Source: a virus | Virus record (IMG/VR): IMGVR_UViG_3300025137_000028 | Location: 9,931 to 73,930 of that record | Direction: 5' to 3' (one strand) | DNA: 64,000 nt | Translations under genes and position numbers: made by a program | Notes under the pieces: model-generated | Told to the model about the DNA's origin: nothing | What the model saw: the letters and a program-made list of their open reading frames with translations, nothing else | Databases searched by the model: none | Shown here: positions 19,409 through 29,304 of the stretch, piece after piece | Layout of the letters: every line of letters starts with the position of its first letter | Numbering within the stretch: the stretch's first letter is position 1

Positions 19409-21349
19409 ATGGCATTTCAAGTATCACCAGGTGTTCTCGTACAGGAAAGAGATTTAACTAGAATCATTCCTGCCGTATCAACATCAATAGGGGCAGCAGC
19501 GGGTCAATTCGCTAAAGGTCCAGTTGATGATGTTGTGGCAATTTCTAGTGAGCAAGAATTGGTAGACACATTTGGAAAACCCGACTCAACTACGTTTGAG
19601 TGGTTTTTTTCAGCTGCTAACTTCTTAGCATACTCTAACTCTTTGAGAGTAGTACGAGCTAACAATACTGGTTTAGTAAACGCAAATACAGGTGGTTCAT
19701 CTACATTAATTAAAAATATAGACGACTACCGGGACAACTACGCTGATGGTTCTTTAAACACAGGAACTTTCACAGCAAGAACAGCCGGCGCATGGGGAAA
19801 CAATTTATTAGTTTCTACATGTCCAAGTGCTTTAGCATTTGAACAAAAAACTGGCGACACAGGTCTTGCTTCACTAGTAGATGACGCTTCGGCTGCTATC
19901 GGAGACACAGTAATTAGTGTTGACGATGGTACTGAGTTTAGTGTAGGAGACATTATAGAGTTTTCTGCTACAGCTTCAACAGGCGACTTTACAGTAAACG
20001 AAAAATATAGAATAACAGGAATTTCAACAAACGCTTTAACGATAGTACAGCATCCTAGAGGATCTGGTGGATTGTTAACGGCAGTTGTTGATAACGCACA
20101 CGTCAAAAGAAGATGGAGATATTTTGAATCAGTAGACGGCGCACCAGGAACATCACCTTGGACATCTGATAGATCAGGTGCTAATGATGAAATACACATT
20201 GTCGTAGTAGACGAAGACGGTGGTATATCTGGCGAGCCAGGAAGAGTAATAGAAACTTATTCAAAAGTATCTAAAGCTGCTGACGCTAAAACTCCACAAG
20301 GTGACACAAACTATTACCCAACAGTAATACAAAATAAATCAAGTAACATTTTCTGGACAGATCATAATTCATCAGGATCAAATTGGGGTTCAAACGCAAC
20401 AGGAGTAACTTTTACTGCTGTAAATGCTCCAACTAATGAATCTTTATCTGCTGGAAGTGATGGTTCTACTGCTACAGTAGGCGAAATCAAAACTGCTTTT
20501 GAAAAATACTCAGACGCAGAAACAGTTGATGTAAGTCTAATTATAGCTGGTAAAGGTAACTCAACTCACATTGATAACCTAATTACTATCGCAGAAAACA
20601 GAAAAGACGCTGTGGTTTTTGCTTCACCTGAAAGAGCAGACGTTGTAGGAATAACTAACTCAAACACGCAAACTAATAATGTTATTGACTTCTTTAATAA
20701 TGTAAGATCATCTTCTTATGTTGTTTTTGATAGTGGTTACAAATATGTGTATGACAGATACAATGACTTATACAGATATGTACCATTAAACGGAGATATC
20801 GCTGGTTTGGCTGCTAGAACTGATCTAGTCGCAGACACATGGTTCTCACCTGCTGGATTTAACAGAGGTGTAATCAGAGGTGCCGTGAAACTTGCTTACA
20901 ATCCTACACAAACACAAAGAGATCAATTGTATCCAAGTAGAATTAATCCAGTATCAACGTTCCCAGGACAAGGTACTGTTTTATTCGGAGACAAAACTGG
21001 TCTAACTTCACCAAGTGCTTTTGACAGAATAAACGTTAGAAGACTGTTTATTACTTTAGAAAAGGCAATATCAACTGCTTCTAAATTTCAACTCTTTGAG
21101 TTCAATGATGAATTTACAAGAGCTAACTTTAGAAACATTGTAGAACCTTTCCTAAGAGAAGTACAAGGTAGAAGAGGTATCACAGACTTTTTAGTAGTAT
21201 GTGATGAAACTAACAACACAGGCGAAGTAATTGATAGAAACGAATTTATTGCTGAGATTTTTGTAAAACCAGCAAGAAGTATCAATTTTATTACATTACA
21301 ATTTATCGCAACTAGAACTGGCGTGGCTTTTGAAGAAGTCGCAGGTTAA
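19409..21349 (+). CDS. gp18: Tail sheath protein gp18
   Basis: SPGVLVQERD, WFSPAG, FDRINVRRLF and KPARSINFI motifs. Confidence 0.97.
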   Translation: MAFQVSPGVLVQERDLTRIIPAVSTSIGAAAGQFAKGPVDDVVAISSEQELVDTFGKPDSTTFEWFFSAANFLAYSNSLRVVRANNTGLVNANTGGSSTLIKNIDDYRDNYADGSLNTGTFTARTAGAWGNNLLVSTCPSALAFEQKTGDTGLASLVDDASAAIGDTVISVDDGTEFSVGDIIEFSATASTGDFTVNEKYRITGISTNALTIVQHPRGSGGLLTAVVDNAHVKRRWRYFESVDGAPGTSPWTSDRSGANDEIHIVVVDEDGGISGEPGRVIETYSKVSKAADAKTPQGDTNYYPTVIQNKSSNIFWTDHNSSGSNWGSNATGVTFTAVNAPTNESLSAGSDGSTATVGEIKTAFEKYSDAETVDVSLIIAGKGNSTHIDNLITIAENRKDAVVFASPERADVVGITNSNTQTNNVIDFFNNVRSSSYVVFDSGYKYVYDRYNDLYRYVPLNGDIAGLAARTDLVADTWFSPAGFNRGVIRGAVKLAYNPTQTQRDQLYPSRINPVSTFPGQGTVLFGDKTGLTSPSAFDRINVRRLFITLEKAISTASKFQLFEFNDEFTRANFRNIVEPFLREVQGRRGITDFLVVCDETNNTGEVIDRNEFIAEIFVKPARSINFITLQFIATRTGVAFEEVAG

Positions 21350-21369
21350 TAGTAGAGGAGAAATAAAAA

Positions 21370-21897
21370 ATGGCAAACATTTCAGACTTCAAAGCTAAAC
21401 TTGCTGGCGGTGGCGCTAGAAATAATCAGTTTAAGGTTACAATGCCTTTCCCTGGTTACTCGCAAGTTGGTGGAGAAATAGAAGACTTGGCTTTCTTATG
21501 TACAGCAACAAGTATACCGGCAATGAACGTTGCTGAAGTACCTGTTAATTTCAGAGGAAGACCAATTTATATCGCAGGTGACAGATCATTTGACACTTGG
21601 CCGATTACTGTACTAAATGATACAGATTTCAAATTAAGAAACGCATTTGAAAGATGGCAAAATGGTATCAACAATATGTCAGACAATGAAGGATTAACAA
21701 ATCCTGCTGACTATCAAGTTGACGCTTTTATAGATCACTTAGACAGAAATGGTAATACTATTAAGTCTTACACATTGAGAGGATTATTTCCGATATCAAT
21801 ATCAGAAATAGGACTATCATACGCTCCGACAACGGACGTTGAGACTTTTGGTGTAACGTTTAGATACCAATTCTTTGAATCGAATACTACTACTTAA
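21370..21897 (+). CDS. gp19: Tail tube protein gp19
   Basis: GGARNNQF, FRGR..IAGDR and LRNAFERW motifs. Confidence 0.95.
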   Translation: MANISDFKAKLAGGGARNNQFKVTMPFPGYSQVGGEIEDLAFLCTATSIPAMNVAEVPVNFRGRPIYIAGDRSFDTWPITVLNDTDFKLRNAFERWQNGINNMSDNEGLTNPADYQVDAFIDHLDRNGNTIKSYTLRGLFPISISEIGLSYAPTTDVETFGVTFRYQFFESNTTT

Positions 21898-21934
21898 TAT
21901 CTTGTATAAGTATTAAGACAGGAGATAAAATATT

Positions 21935-23455
21935 ATGGCTGAACTATTTGGATTTAGTATCACACGTGCTAAGAAGCAAGAAGATCCTAAACAAAGCTTT
22001 ACAGTAAAACAAGCGGATGACGGTACTCAAACCGTCGCCGCTGGTGGTTATTTTGGTCAGTACCTTGACATGGAAGGTACTGCCAAAACAGAGGCAGATT
22101 TAATCCGTAGATACAGAGAGATTTCAATTCATCCTGAATGTGACATGGCAATAGAAGATATTGTTAATGAAGCAATCGTGGCTAATGAATTGAAAGACGC
22201 TGTTAGGATTAACATTGATCAATTGCCTTACGGTAAAGATATAAGAGTTAAAATTGAAGACGAGTTTAAACAAGTATTAAGATTATTAAACTTTAATACA
22301 AAAGGGCATGACATCTTTAGAAGATGGTATGTTGACGGAAGAATGTTCTATCAAAAGATTATTGATAGAGATAGTCCTAAAAAAGGGATTACAGAATTAA
22401 AATACATTGATCCTAGAAAGATCAAAAAAATAAGAGAAGTTAGAAAAAAAAGACCTGAGGGTGCTTTAAGTCCTAACAGTATGTCAGCTATTGATGAGTA
22501 TGTAGAATACTATCTATTCAATGAAAGAGGCATACCAGGTACTACTTCAGGTATGGGTATTAAAATCGCACCCGACACTATCGCATTTTGTCCTTCTGGT
22601 TTAATAGATCAGAATAAAAACATGGTGTTATCTTATTTACATAAGGCAATTAAACCTGTCAATCAATTAAGAATGATTGAAGACGCTGCTGTTATTTACA
22701 GAATCGCAAGAGCGCCTGAAAGACGTATCTTTAAAATTGATGTTGGTAATTTACCTAAAGTAAAAGCTGAACAATATTTAAGAGACGTAATGGCAAGATA
22801 TAGAAATAAACTTGTCTATGACGCTTCTACTGGTGAAATAAGAGACGATAGAAACTATATGTCAATGTTAGAAGACTTTTGGTTACCTAGTAGAGAAGGT
22901 GGCAGAGGTACTGATATAACAACTTTACCTGGTGGACAAAACTTAGGTGAGATTACAGACATAGAGTATTTTCAAAAGAAATTATATAGATCATTAAACG
23001 TACCGGCAAGTAGATTAGAAGGCTCACAAGGTTTTAATTTAGGTAGATCAACAGAGATTACTAGAGACGAACTTAAATTTACAAAATTTGTACAGAGACT
23101 TAGAAAGAAATTTACAGAATTATTTAATGACATATTAAGAACCCAATTAGTATTAAAAGGCATTATTGCTGAAACTGATTGGTCAACAATAAGAGATAAC
23201 TTACAATATGACTTCATACAAGATGGTCATTTTTCTGAATTAAAACAAACAGAAATGATGAGAGAACGATTAGGTTTAGCCAATGAAATGAGAGATTATA
23301 TAGGTAAGTTTTACTCAGTTAACTATGTTAGAAAACATGTGTTGAAACAAAACCAAAGAGAAATAGAAGATATGGATAAAGATATTAGAAAAGAAATTAA
23401 AGATAAAATTATCCAAGATCCTATGGCACAAGTTACTAACAGTGAAGATTTATAA
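21935..23455 (+). CDS. gp20: Portal vertex protein gp20
   Basis: IYRIARAPERRIFKIDVGNLP and EDFWLPSREGGRGT motifs. Confidence 0.97.
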   Translation: MAELFGFSITRAKKQEDPKQSFTVKQADDGTQTVAAGGYFGQYLDMEGTAKTEADLIRRYREISIHPECDMAIEDIVNEAIVANELKDAVRINIDQLPYGKDIRVKIEDEFKQVLRLLNFNTKGHDIFRRWYVDGRMFYQKIIDRDSPKKGITELKYIDPRKIKKIREVRKKRPEGALSPNSMSAIDEYVEYYLFNERGIPGTTSGMGIKIAPDTIAFCPSGLIDQNKNMVLSYLHKAIKPVNQLRMIEDAAVIYRIARAPERRIFKIDVGNLPKVKAEQYLRDVMARYRNKLVYDASTGEIRDDRNYMSMLEDFWLPSREGGRGTDITTLPGGQNLGEITDIEYFQKKLYRSLNVPASRLEGSQGFNLGRSTEITRDELKFTKFVQRLRKKFTELFNDILRTQLVLKGIIAETDWSTIRDNLQYDFIQDGHFSELKQTEMMRERLGLANEMRDYIGKFYSVNYVRKHVLKQNQREIEDMDKDIRKEIKDKIIQDPMAQVTNSEDL

Positions 23456-23467
23456 TAGGAGAATAAA

Positions 23468-23791
23468 ATGACAGAGAATACAACTAAAGACTTTATTGAC
23501 AATTTAGCTCAAGGTAAAAATGATGACGCTGGTGAAGCGTTTAAAAATGCTTTAAGAGGTAAAGTTGGTGATAGTTTAGATCAAATGAGAAAAGATTTAG
23601 CAGGAAATTTATTTAATGGCGATGGTACAGTAAATACAGATAACGCTGAGCCTTATAGTGATCCTAAACCAGAGATTGCTGATGTAGGAACATTCAATCA
23701 GGATGGAACTATAGCACTTAAAAAAGACGGACAAGCAGATATAGATTTGACTCAGCCGTCTCCAACAGGTGTTGACATAGAAAATGCCTAA
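23468..23791 (+). CDS. Acidic prohead-core-like hypothetical protein
   Basis: Position after gp20 (gp67-like slot); TAGGAG SD. Confidence 0.5.
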   Translation: MTENTTKDFIDNLAQGKNDDAGEAFKNALRGKVGDSLDQMRKDLAGNLFNGDGTVNTDNAEPYSDPKPEIADVGTFNQDGTIALKKDGQADIDLTQPSPTGVDIENA

Positions 23792-24023
23792 AGTCAGTAA
23801 TCTTTTTGAACAAAAAAAGATAGTAAATTCAAAGGCTTACAATTCTTTAACGCCTAAAATGAAAGAGGCAGTTGAAGAAATGTTTAAAATGATTAACAAC
23901 AAAGGCAACATTATTTTCAATGTAGAAAATGCTGTTGAAAGAGTTGCTGAAATAAAGAAAATTAATAAAGAAGAACTATATCAATATATTGAAAAAGAAA
24001 CAAACGAACAATTAGGAGTGTAA
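23784..24023 (+). CDS. Hypothetical protein
   Basis: 79-aa ORF overlapping its neighbour in the head module. Confidence 0.6.
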   Translation: MPKVSNLFEQKKIVNSKAYNSLTPKMKEAVEEMFKMINNKGNIIFNVENAVERVAEIKKINKEELYQYIEKETNEQLGV

Positions 24024-24024
24024 A

Positions 24025-24294
24025 ATGGCATATCAAGGATCTTTCAAATTAAAAGGCGCTACTACATCTGCTGGGTCAACAATTTCAGCAAGTAATTTCG
24101 GTAGAGCTCATTTTGTAAGAGTACAAGCACAGGCAGCCGCTAACACTGTAACAGTTGTTAACTCAGATGACGAAGCTATAGGAACTTGTATATTAGTAAC
24201 AGCAGGTGACTCAATAGTAATAGAAAAATCGCCTGGCGATAAAGTATCAACATCTGGTAATGCTGTAGGCAGTGCTGTTGCTAGAACTGGTTAA
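24025..24294 (+). CDS. Small beta-rich putative virion protein
   Basis: TAGGAG SD; Ala/Gly/Ser-rich; head module. Confidence 0.55.
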   Translation: MAYQGSFKLKGATTSAGSTISASNFGRAHFVRVQAQAAANTVTVVNSDDEAIGTCILVTAGDSIVIEKSPGDKVSTSGNAVGSAVARTG

Positions 24295-24299
24295 TAATT

Positions 24300-24665
24300 A
24301 TGGCAATAACTACGACACAAGTGGTTGATGATAGTTTTAAAACTATTACATTTGCTAAGGGCATAGGTAATGAAAGTGAACAAACTTTTGTTGAAACACA
24401 AAATTTATTAAATGCTTCAAGTGAACCCAAAGTGTCTATTGCTAATTTAGAATTTGAAATAATAGGTACAGGTACTTGTACTATATTTTTTAAAAATGAT
24501 ACGACAAAAAAGGTTGAGATTAGTGGTAGAGGTAACTATGGTCTTAAACCTAAAGAAGAAAAAATAAAGAACGTGATAGGTGATATTTTATTAACAAGTG
24601 ACAGTAATGTGTCAACTTATAATATTATATTAGAAACACATAAAGAAGAGGGATTTAATGGCTGA
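24300..24665 (+). CDS. Putative virion protein, paralog of the next gene
   Basis: Shares SG.G.(Y/F)...GD(I/V)LL..Y.I pattern with 24658..25050. Confidence 0.55.
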   Translation: MAITTTQVVDDSFKTITFAKGIGNESEQTFVETQNLLNASSEPKVSIANLEFEIIGTGTCTIFFKNDTTKKVEISGRGNYGLKPKEEKIKNVIGDILLTSDSNVSTYNIILETHKEEGFNG

Positions 24666-25050
24666 TACAGTAACAAGTCAAACTATAGCAGATACATCTG
24701 GTCTAAAGTTTACAGTAAAACTTACTAACTTTTCAGATGGTACTGGTGAAACACAAGTTAAAAAAGTAGACGCTTCAGAGCTTACTTTTATGACTGAGGA
24801 TGGCAATAGAAAAATTAGTAAAATATGGTATTCAGTAAATACAGCAAATCCTAAATCAGCTGTTGAGTTAATATGGGATGGTGCTACAGACGCAACTGCC
24901 GTATTTTTAAGTGGTCAAAGTCACTTTGATTTTAGACCATCAGGTAGTGAAATAACTAACAGTGCTACTACACCTACTGGTGATGTATTATTAAGTACAC
25001 ATAACTTTGCTATTGGAGATAATTACACAATAGTTATAGAGTTTAGATAA
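24658..25050 (+). CDS. Putative virion protein
   Basis: MADTVTSQTI, SDGTGE..V.KVDASEL and TGDVLLST; beta-rich. Confidence 0.6.
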   Translation: MADTVTSQTIADTSGLKFTVKLTNFSDGTGETQVKKVDASELTFMTEDGNRKISKIWYSVNTANPKSAVELIWDGATDATAVFLSGQSHFDFRPSGSEITNSATTPTGDVLLSTHNFAIGDNYTIVIEFR

Positions 25051-25057
25051 AAAAACT

Positions 25058-25065
25058 TATAAATA
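25058..25065 (+). promoter_or_regulatory. T4-type late promoter (gp21)
   Basis: Intergenic TATAAATA. Confidence 0.8.
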
Positions 25066-25089
25066 GTAACATATAAGAAGAGAGAACTT

Positions 25090-25734
25090 ATGAAACTAAT
25101 ATCGGAAGAAATACAACAAGCCGAATATCTGATCGAAGAGAAAGACGGTACAAAAGAATATAAGATAAAAGGTATATTCTTACAGTCTAATATCAAAAAC
25201 AGAAACGGTCGTATATATCCAAAAGAAATCTTAGACAAAGAAGTCAAAAGATATAACGCAGAATTTATCAATAAACACAGAGCATTCGGTGAGTTAGGAC
25301 ATCCTGACGGACCAACTGTCAACTTGGAAAGAGTTAGTCACATGGTGAAAAAACTCTATCCAGACGGTGATAATTTTATTGGTGAAGCTAAGATAATGAA
25401 TACACCATACGGTAAGATTGTAAAAGGTCTTATTGACGAGGGTGCCCAATTAGGAGTATCTAGTCGTGGTATGGGTTCGTTACAGCAAAAAAATGGCGCA
25501 AACTATGTAGGAAGAGATTTCTACTTAGCTACAGCAGCTGACATTGTAGCTGACCCCTCAGCTCCTGACGCTTTCGTTGAAGGCATTATGGAAAATAAAG
25601 AGTGGGTATGGGACAGTGGTGTTCTAGTTGAAAAAGACGTAGAAGCTTGGAAACTAGAGCTAATTAAAACAAAAAAACGAGCATTAGAAGAGAAGAAATT
25701 AGAAATCTTTAAATCTATGCTTATAAAACTTTAA
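25090..25734 (+). CDS. gp21: Prohead protease gp21
   Basis: NRNGRIYP, GELGHP, GVSSRGMGS and DIVADPSAPDA motifs. Confidence 0.97.
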   Translation: MKLISEEIQQAEYLIEEKDGTKEYKIKGIFLQSNIKNRNGRIYPKEILDKEVKRYNAEFINKHRAFGELGHPDGPTVNLERVSHMVKKLYPDGDNFIGEAKIMNTPYGKIVKGLIDEGAQLGVSSRGMGSLQQKNGANYVGRDFYLATAADIVADPSAPDAFVEGIMENKEWVWDSGVLVEKDVEAWKLELIKTKKRALEEKKLEIFKSMLIKL

Positions 25735-25737
25735 TTT

Positions 25738-25745
25738 TATAAATA
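25738..25745 (+). promoter_or_regulatory. T4-type late promoter (gp22/gp23)
   Basis: Intergenic TATAAATA. Confidence 0.8.
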
Positions 25746-25795
25746 TCTAGCAAAGTAAAAATAACTAGTTATTTTAATTAAGAGGAGATTTCTCA

Positions 25796-26926
25796 ATGGC
25801 CGAAACAGAAAAACAAGTAGAGGCGTTAGAAAAGGAAATTAGCGAAGCGGGAAATCCGAACGCTGATGCTCCAAAAAAGAATGCTGTAGCGGCAGAACCA
25901 AGCCCATTGAAAAATGACGCTGAGGATCTAGGCGCACCAGTTGTTAAACCAACAGACAGCAATCCTAACGCAACTAAAAAAGTTAGTCAAGTTTCAGACG
26001 TTGTGTCAAAATCAAGTGCCGTTGGCTCAGAGCCATCACATTTGAAGACAGCAAAAGAAGGAACTGACGCAGAGAAATCAGAAAAAGACGACAAGGCAGA
26101 AGCAATGCACGACAAAGATGAGAAGAAAAAAGAAATGAAAGCAGGTTACAAAATGGAATCAGCTGACAATTCTGAAGAATCTTATGATGTTAAAGCAGAC
26201 GTTGACGCATTAGTCGGAGATTCTGATCTATCTGAAGAGTTTAAAGAAAAGGCTGCTACTATTTTTGAAGCTGCTATTAAATCTAAAGTGAAAGCTGAAA
26301 CAGCTAAACTTGAAGAAGAATACGCTAAAAAATTAGAAGAAAGCCAAGAATCTTTCAAAGGTGAATTAAGCGAAAAAGTTGACTCATATCTAAACTACGT
26401 TGTAGAAGAGTGGATGAAAGAAAATGAAATCGCTATTGAAAGAGGAATCAAAGGTGAGATCGCTGAAGACTTTATCGGTGGTCTTAAAAAACTATTTGAA
26501 GATCATTACATTGATGTTCCAGATGAAAAATATAACGTCTTGGAAGATCAAGCTTCTAAAATAGAAGTCTTAGAGAAGAAACTTAACGAAGAAATCGAAA
26601 AGAATGTTGACCTTCATAAGAGTAACAGTGAGTTAAAAAGACAAGACATCATAGATGAAATGTCAACTGACCTTGCTGATACTGCTAAAGAAAAGTTTGA
26701 CGGACTTATTGAATCAGTTGAGTATTCTACTGAGAACGACTTTAGAAAAAAAGTAGTGACAATCAAAGAGTCTTACTTTGGTGATAAACAAGAAGTTAAA
26801 AGTGATGATATAGATGATGTAGCGGCAGGCGGTGAACTAACTGAAAATGTTGATTTATCGAATGCTATGGCTGCTTATACCGCCGCTATTAAAAAAACAA
26901 AAGACATTAAATTGTCTAAAAAATAA
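25796..26926 (+). CDS. gp22: Prohead core scaffold gp22
   Basis: LSEEFKEKAATIFEAA and VDSYLNYVVEEW motifs; synteny. Confidence 0.95.
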   Translation: MAETEKQVEALEKEISEAGNPNADAPKKNAVAAEPSPLKNDAEDLGAPVVKPTDSNPNATKKVSQVSDVVSKSSAVGSEPSHLKTAKEGTDAEKSEKDDKAEAMHDKDEKKKEMKAGYKMESADNSEESYDVKADVDALVGDSDLSEEFKEKAATIFEAAIKSKVKAETAKLEEEYAKKLEESQESFKGELSEKVDSYLNYVVEEWMKENEIAIERGIKGEIAEDFIGGLKKLFEDHYIDVPDEKYNVLEDQASKIEVLEKKLNEEIEKNVDLHKSNSELKRQDIIDEMSTDLADTAKEKFDGLIESVEYSTENDFRKKVVTIKESYFGDKQEVKSDDIDDVAAGGELTENVDLSNAMAAYTAAIKKTKDIKLSKK

Positions 26927-26949
26927 TAAAATAGAGGGAGAAAACAAAA

Positions 26950-28302
26950 ATGTTTTTATCTGAACAAGTAGAAAAAAAATGGCAGCCAGTCCTAGAGCAT
27001 CCTGATTTACCAAAAATCAATGATTCTTACAGACGTGCCGTTACAAGCGTAATCTTGGAAAACCAAGAGAAAAGTTTAAGAGAAGATAAGGCGTTCATCT
27101 CGGAAGCTGCCCCTGCTAACGCAACAGGCGCTAACGTTGACAATTGGGATCCAATCCTAATTTCATTAGTAAGAAGAGCAATGCCAAATCTTATCGCATA
27201 TGACATATGTGGAGTACAACCAATGACTGGTCCAACTGGTTTAATATTTGCTATGAGAAGCAGATACACAAGCCAAACTGGAACAGAAGCGATGTTTGAC
27301 GAAGCTGATACAGATTTCTCTAGTAGAAATGCTGCTGGTGACTCAACAACAAATACTGGTGTAACTGAACAAAGAGGTACTAACCCAGCAATTCTTAACG
27401 ACAGCCCAACAGCTGGACAAGAATATTCAACTGGTCAAGGTATGACAAGAGCTTACGGCGAAGCATTAGGTGATTCATCTAACAATGCTTTTGCTGAAAT
27501 GGCTTTCTCAATTGAGAAATCAACTGTGACTGCTAGAAGTAGAGCTCTTAAAGCTGAGTACACAATGGAATTAGCCCAAGACTTAAAAGCTATCCATGGT
27601 TTAGACGCTGAGACTGAATTGGCTAACATCCTATCTGCTGAGATCCTTGCTGAGATCAACAGAGAAGTTGTAAGAACAATTTACATCAATGCTGAAAAAG
27701 GTGCTTCTGCTAACACTGGTACAATTAACACAACAACTGAAGGTATCTTTGATTTAGATACAGACTCTAACGGAAGATGGTCTGTTGAAAGATTTAAAGG
27801 TCTTATGTTCCAAGTTGAGAGAGAAGCTAACGCTATCGCTCAAAGAACAAGAAGAGGAAAAGGAAATATCCTTATTACTTCTTCGGACGTTGCGTCTGCT
27901 TTACAAATGGCAGGTGTACTAGACTATGCTCCAGCATTAAACAACAACCTAAACGTTGACGACACAGGCAATACTTTTGCTGGTGTATTAAACGGTAGAT
28001 ACAAAGTATACATTGACCCATATGCTGCTAACCAAACTGGTAAGCAATATTTTGTGGTTGGTTACAAAGGTACTTCACCGTATGACAGTGGTTTATTCTA
28101 CTGCCCATATGTACCACTACAAATGGTTAGAGCCGTTGGACAAGACACATTCCAACCTAAAATCGGTTTCAAAACAAGATATGGTTTACAAGCCAATCCT
28201 TTTGCTGAAGCTGGTTCAGGTGATAATGCTGTTATCAATGGTTCTGGAAATGCTAACGCTAACAGATACTACAGAAGAGTACAAGTTACAAACTTAATGT
28301 AA
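26950..28302 (+). CDS. gp23: Major capsid protein gp23
   Basis: GVQPMTGPTGLIFAMR, RALKAEYTMELAQDLKAIHGLDAE and FQPKIGFKTRYG motifs. Confidence 0.98.
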   Translation: MFLSEQVEKKWQPVLEHPDLPKINDSYRRAVTSVILENQEKSLREDKAFISEAAPANATGANVDNWDPILISLVRRAMPNLIAYDICGVQPMTGPTGLIFAMRSRYTSQTGTEAMFDEADTDFSSRNAAGDSTTNTGVTEQRGTNPAILNDSPTAGQEYSTGQGMTRAYGEALGDSSNNAFAEMAFSIEKSTVTARSRALKAEYTMELAQDLKAIHGLDAETELANILSAEILAEINREVVRTIYINAEKGASANTGTINTTTEGIFDLDTDSNGRWSVERFKGLMFQVEREANAIAQRTRRGKGNILITSSDVASALQMAGVLDYAPALNNNLNVDDTGNTFAGVLNGRYKVYIDPYAANQTGKQYFVVGYKGTSPYDSGLFYCPYVPLQMVRAVGQDTFQPKIGFKTRYGLQANPFAEAGSGDNAVINGSGNANANRYYRRVQVTNLM

Positions 28303-28321
28303 TATTTGTTTACAATCTTAT

Positions 28322-28352
28322 AAAAAGGGGGCTTTATGCCCCCTTTTTTTTT
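28322..28352 (+). terminator. Rho-independent terminator after gp23
   Basis: AAAAAGGGGGC-TTTAT-GCCCCCTTTTT hairpin with a long T tract. Confidence 0.9.
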
Positions 28353-28377
28353 GGTCGCATAAATAAATTAAACACAT

Positions 28378-28623
28378 ATGATAGGAAGAATAATGAACTA
28401 CAAATTTACAGCAATTATAATTGTATTATTTGTATTATTTACACTGTTAGTTTCTGATAAAAAAGAAACTAATTATTTCTGGTTTGTGCCTGGTGTTGAT
28501 TTAGAGAAAAAGATATTAGAGAAAAAACAAGAACAAGAAAACTTGACTGAAACTGAGAAGAAAATGGAAAAGGTAGCCACTGAGAAAGAGTGGGAAGAAG
28601 TAGATAAAAAAACAGATAAATAG
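28378..28623 (+). CDS. Small membrane-anchored hypothetical protein
   Basis: Hydrophobic FTAIIIVLFVLFTLLV followed by a charged helix. Confidence 0.6.
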   Translation: MIGRIMNYKFTAIIIVLFVLFTLLVSDKKETNYFWFVPGVDLEKKILEKKQEQENLTETEKKMEKVATEKEWEEVDKKTDK

Positions 28624-28627
28624 TAGT

Positions 28628-29251
28628 ATGACAACTATTAACAGTTATAATAGACAACCAACAAAACTTGATTATGCGTCACCAACGCAGTTTAAGTTTA
28701 GTATAATTAAGTTACCTAAAGTAGAGTTTTTTGTGACAGACATTAATTTGCCTGGCATAGAATTAGCTTCATTAACACAAAACACTACACTTAAACAAAT
28801 ACCTATACCTGGTAATGATCTACAATACGATCCACTAACACTATCATTTATGGTAGATGAAAACTTTGAAAACTACCAAGAAATACATGGTTGGTTAGTT
28901 GGATTAGGTTATCCTAGAGACAATTCAGAATTTAGAAATCTAGCTCAATCAGGTAATGATAGATTTCCTAACTCTTCTCAAAGTGTAAGTACAGAGATAG
29001 GTAAAGTTAAATATAAGGCTGCTCAAGCAGGTGGTACTTATAGTGACGCTACTCTTACTACTTTAACAAGTAAAAATAATTCACAATTAGAAGTAAGATT
29101 TAGAGACATATATCCTACTAAATTGTCAGGATTAGCATTTACACAACAAGCAGGTGATATAAATTATCTTACTGCTACTGTTGATTTTAATTATTTGGTT
29201 TATGACTTTGCTACTGTAGGTAACAGTAGAACAAGTGTGACTACAAGCTAA
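28628..29251 (+). CDS. gp3: Tail completion / tube terminator gp3
   Basis: SPTQFKF...PKVEFF...NLPGI and F.VDENFENY.EIHGW motifs. Confidence 0.88.
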   Translation: MTTINSYNRQPTKLDYASPTQFKFSIIKLPKVEFFVTDINLPGIELASLTQNTTLKQIPIPGNDLQYDPLTLSFMVDENFENYQEIHGWLVGLGYPRDNSEFRNLAQSGNDRFPNSSQSVSTEIGKVKYKAAQAGGTYSDATLTTLTSKNNSQLEVRFRDIYPTKLSGLAFTQQAGDINYLTATVDFNYLVYDFATVGNSRTSVTTS

Positions 29252-29257
29252 CCAAAC

Positions 29258-29286
29258 TTTACATTTTTAAAGTTTTGTGTTATAAT
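29258..29286 (+). promoter_or_regulatory. Sigma70-type promoter for the carbamoyltransferase-uvsY operon
   Basis: TTTACA-N17-TATAAT with extended TG. Confidence 0.7.
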
Positions 29287-29304
29287 GAAAGAAAATGAGG
29301 TTAT

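Noticed and set aside
28013-28297. Overlapping 94-aa + strand ORF within gp23
   Set aside because: Alternative frame of a highly conserved gene with no SD or recognisable motif
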